Below, piece by piece: positions 63,255 to 64,000 of a stretch of DNA of 64,000 nt. Under the pieces are notes generated by a model, which was given only the letters and a program-made list of their open reading frames with translations, did no database searches and was not told the origin of the DNA. Numbering within the stretch: the stretch's first letter is position 1; each line of letters begins with the position of its first letter. Source of the stretch: Iphione sp. A-MEVVRFRX5 (Eukaryota). The position numbers and the translations under genes were made by a program. The DNA lies in NCBI GenBank assembly GCA_976226885.1, contig OZ320320.1:29264001-29328000 (forward strand), written 5' to 3'.

Positions 63255-63510
63255 CTTTAATTCAATTCCTGTGCCTCGATATACCTACTGGCTCCTGGTC
63301 CGTTTGAAGAAAGATCGCCGTGTTTTCGTTTCCTTCCCCTGTTCTCACTGTGCCAGTGTTTTAGAATGCCGAGATCCCGCAATAGAGTGGATCTGCTAAT
63401 AGGGGAACTGACCCGTGTTCTTATAGAAAAGGACCCCGGGGGACGAAGGGCAGGGGTTGGGGAGGTAGCGGGGGGCAACTGGAATTGGTCGAAGGGTGGG
63501 CGGGCTGGTG
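63255..63510 (-). promoter_or_regulatory. Probable SLC34A non-coding first exon (about 63395..63255) with TATA-like and GC-box promoter
   Basis: Strong - strand donor AAAG|gtaagg at 63254. CTATAAGA lies at about 63420-63427 with GC-box-like GGGTGGGCGGG upstream. After splicing there is an in-frame stop upstream of the ATG at 62459, so the exon is untranslated. Confidence 0.55.
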
Positions 63511-64000
63511 GCTGGGAGGCAGGTTCGAGTGTTCAGATCCGGTATCAGTCCAGAGAACCAGGAGCGAATCAAATTCAACCCGACCACTCGTAGTTGGCGT
63601 TGTGTCACTCGTGAACACCACAGGTGACACCCGACTAGTTCCTTCCTCCCCCGCCCACCCGACTCGCAACCAGCTTTTTGTCCCCTTACGGTCTAAGTAA
63701 GAGATGCATGTTTAAATACTACTGCGTCGCCTGTGCTGTTTTACCAGGTTGGCCAGAACTGCAAATGTCCTGTGCACTCTCAGAATTCAACAACAGCTGT
63801 ATATATTCCATATGAAATGAAACTGAAAAATACATTCCAATACATACAAAGCACTTACCTAGAAACTCAACACGCAACGTACTTCAGGAAACCGAAACAT
63901 ATAATTCTGGAAGAAACGACTTAAAATGTCCCAATTGATAAATAATTACGGGGGTTTTCTCTACCCTGTAAATATTTTTAAAATCAAATCTAAGGGATCA

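Overview
Eukaryotic (metazoan) genomic DNA with AT-rich introns, GC-rich exons, GT-AG splicing and one 131-N gap. The frequent TACATGTA motifs and repeat types suggest a lancelet (Branchiostoma)-like invertebrate chordate; this is inference only. Four components stand out. (1) A complete SLC34-family Na+/phosphate cotransporter gene lies on the - strand: 7 coding exons, 56783-62459, 623 aa, plus a probable non-coding first exon near 63.3 kb. (2) A gene I cannot assign to any family lies on the + strand (about 27.3-54.3 kb). I assembled it by hand from 13 phase-compatible GT-AG exons into a 1122-aa low-complexity Arg/Tyr/Pro/Ser-rich protein. It has seven RxxSxP motifs spread over six exons, several candidate alternative first exons, an 11-nt micro-exon and a 3' exon apparently read in two frames. 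(3) A dead but full-boundary pogo/Tigger DNA transposon spans 9333-11566, alongside several MITEs, a probable LINE remnant and microsatellites. (4) The left third has promoter-like CpG patches but no coding sequence I can identify. All gene models are manual splice predictions without transcript data. No tRNA, rRNA or CRISPR array was found.
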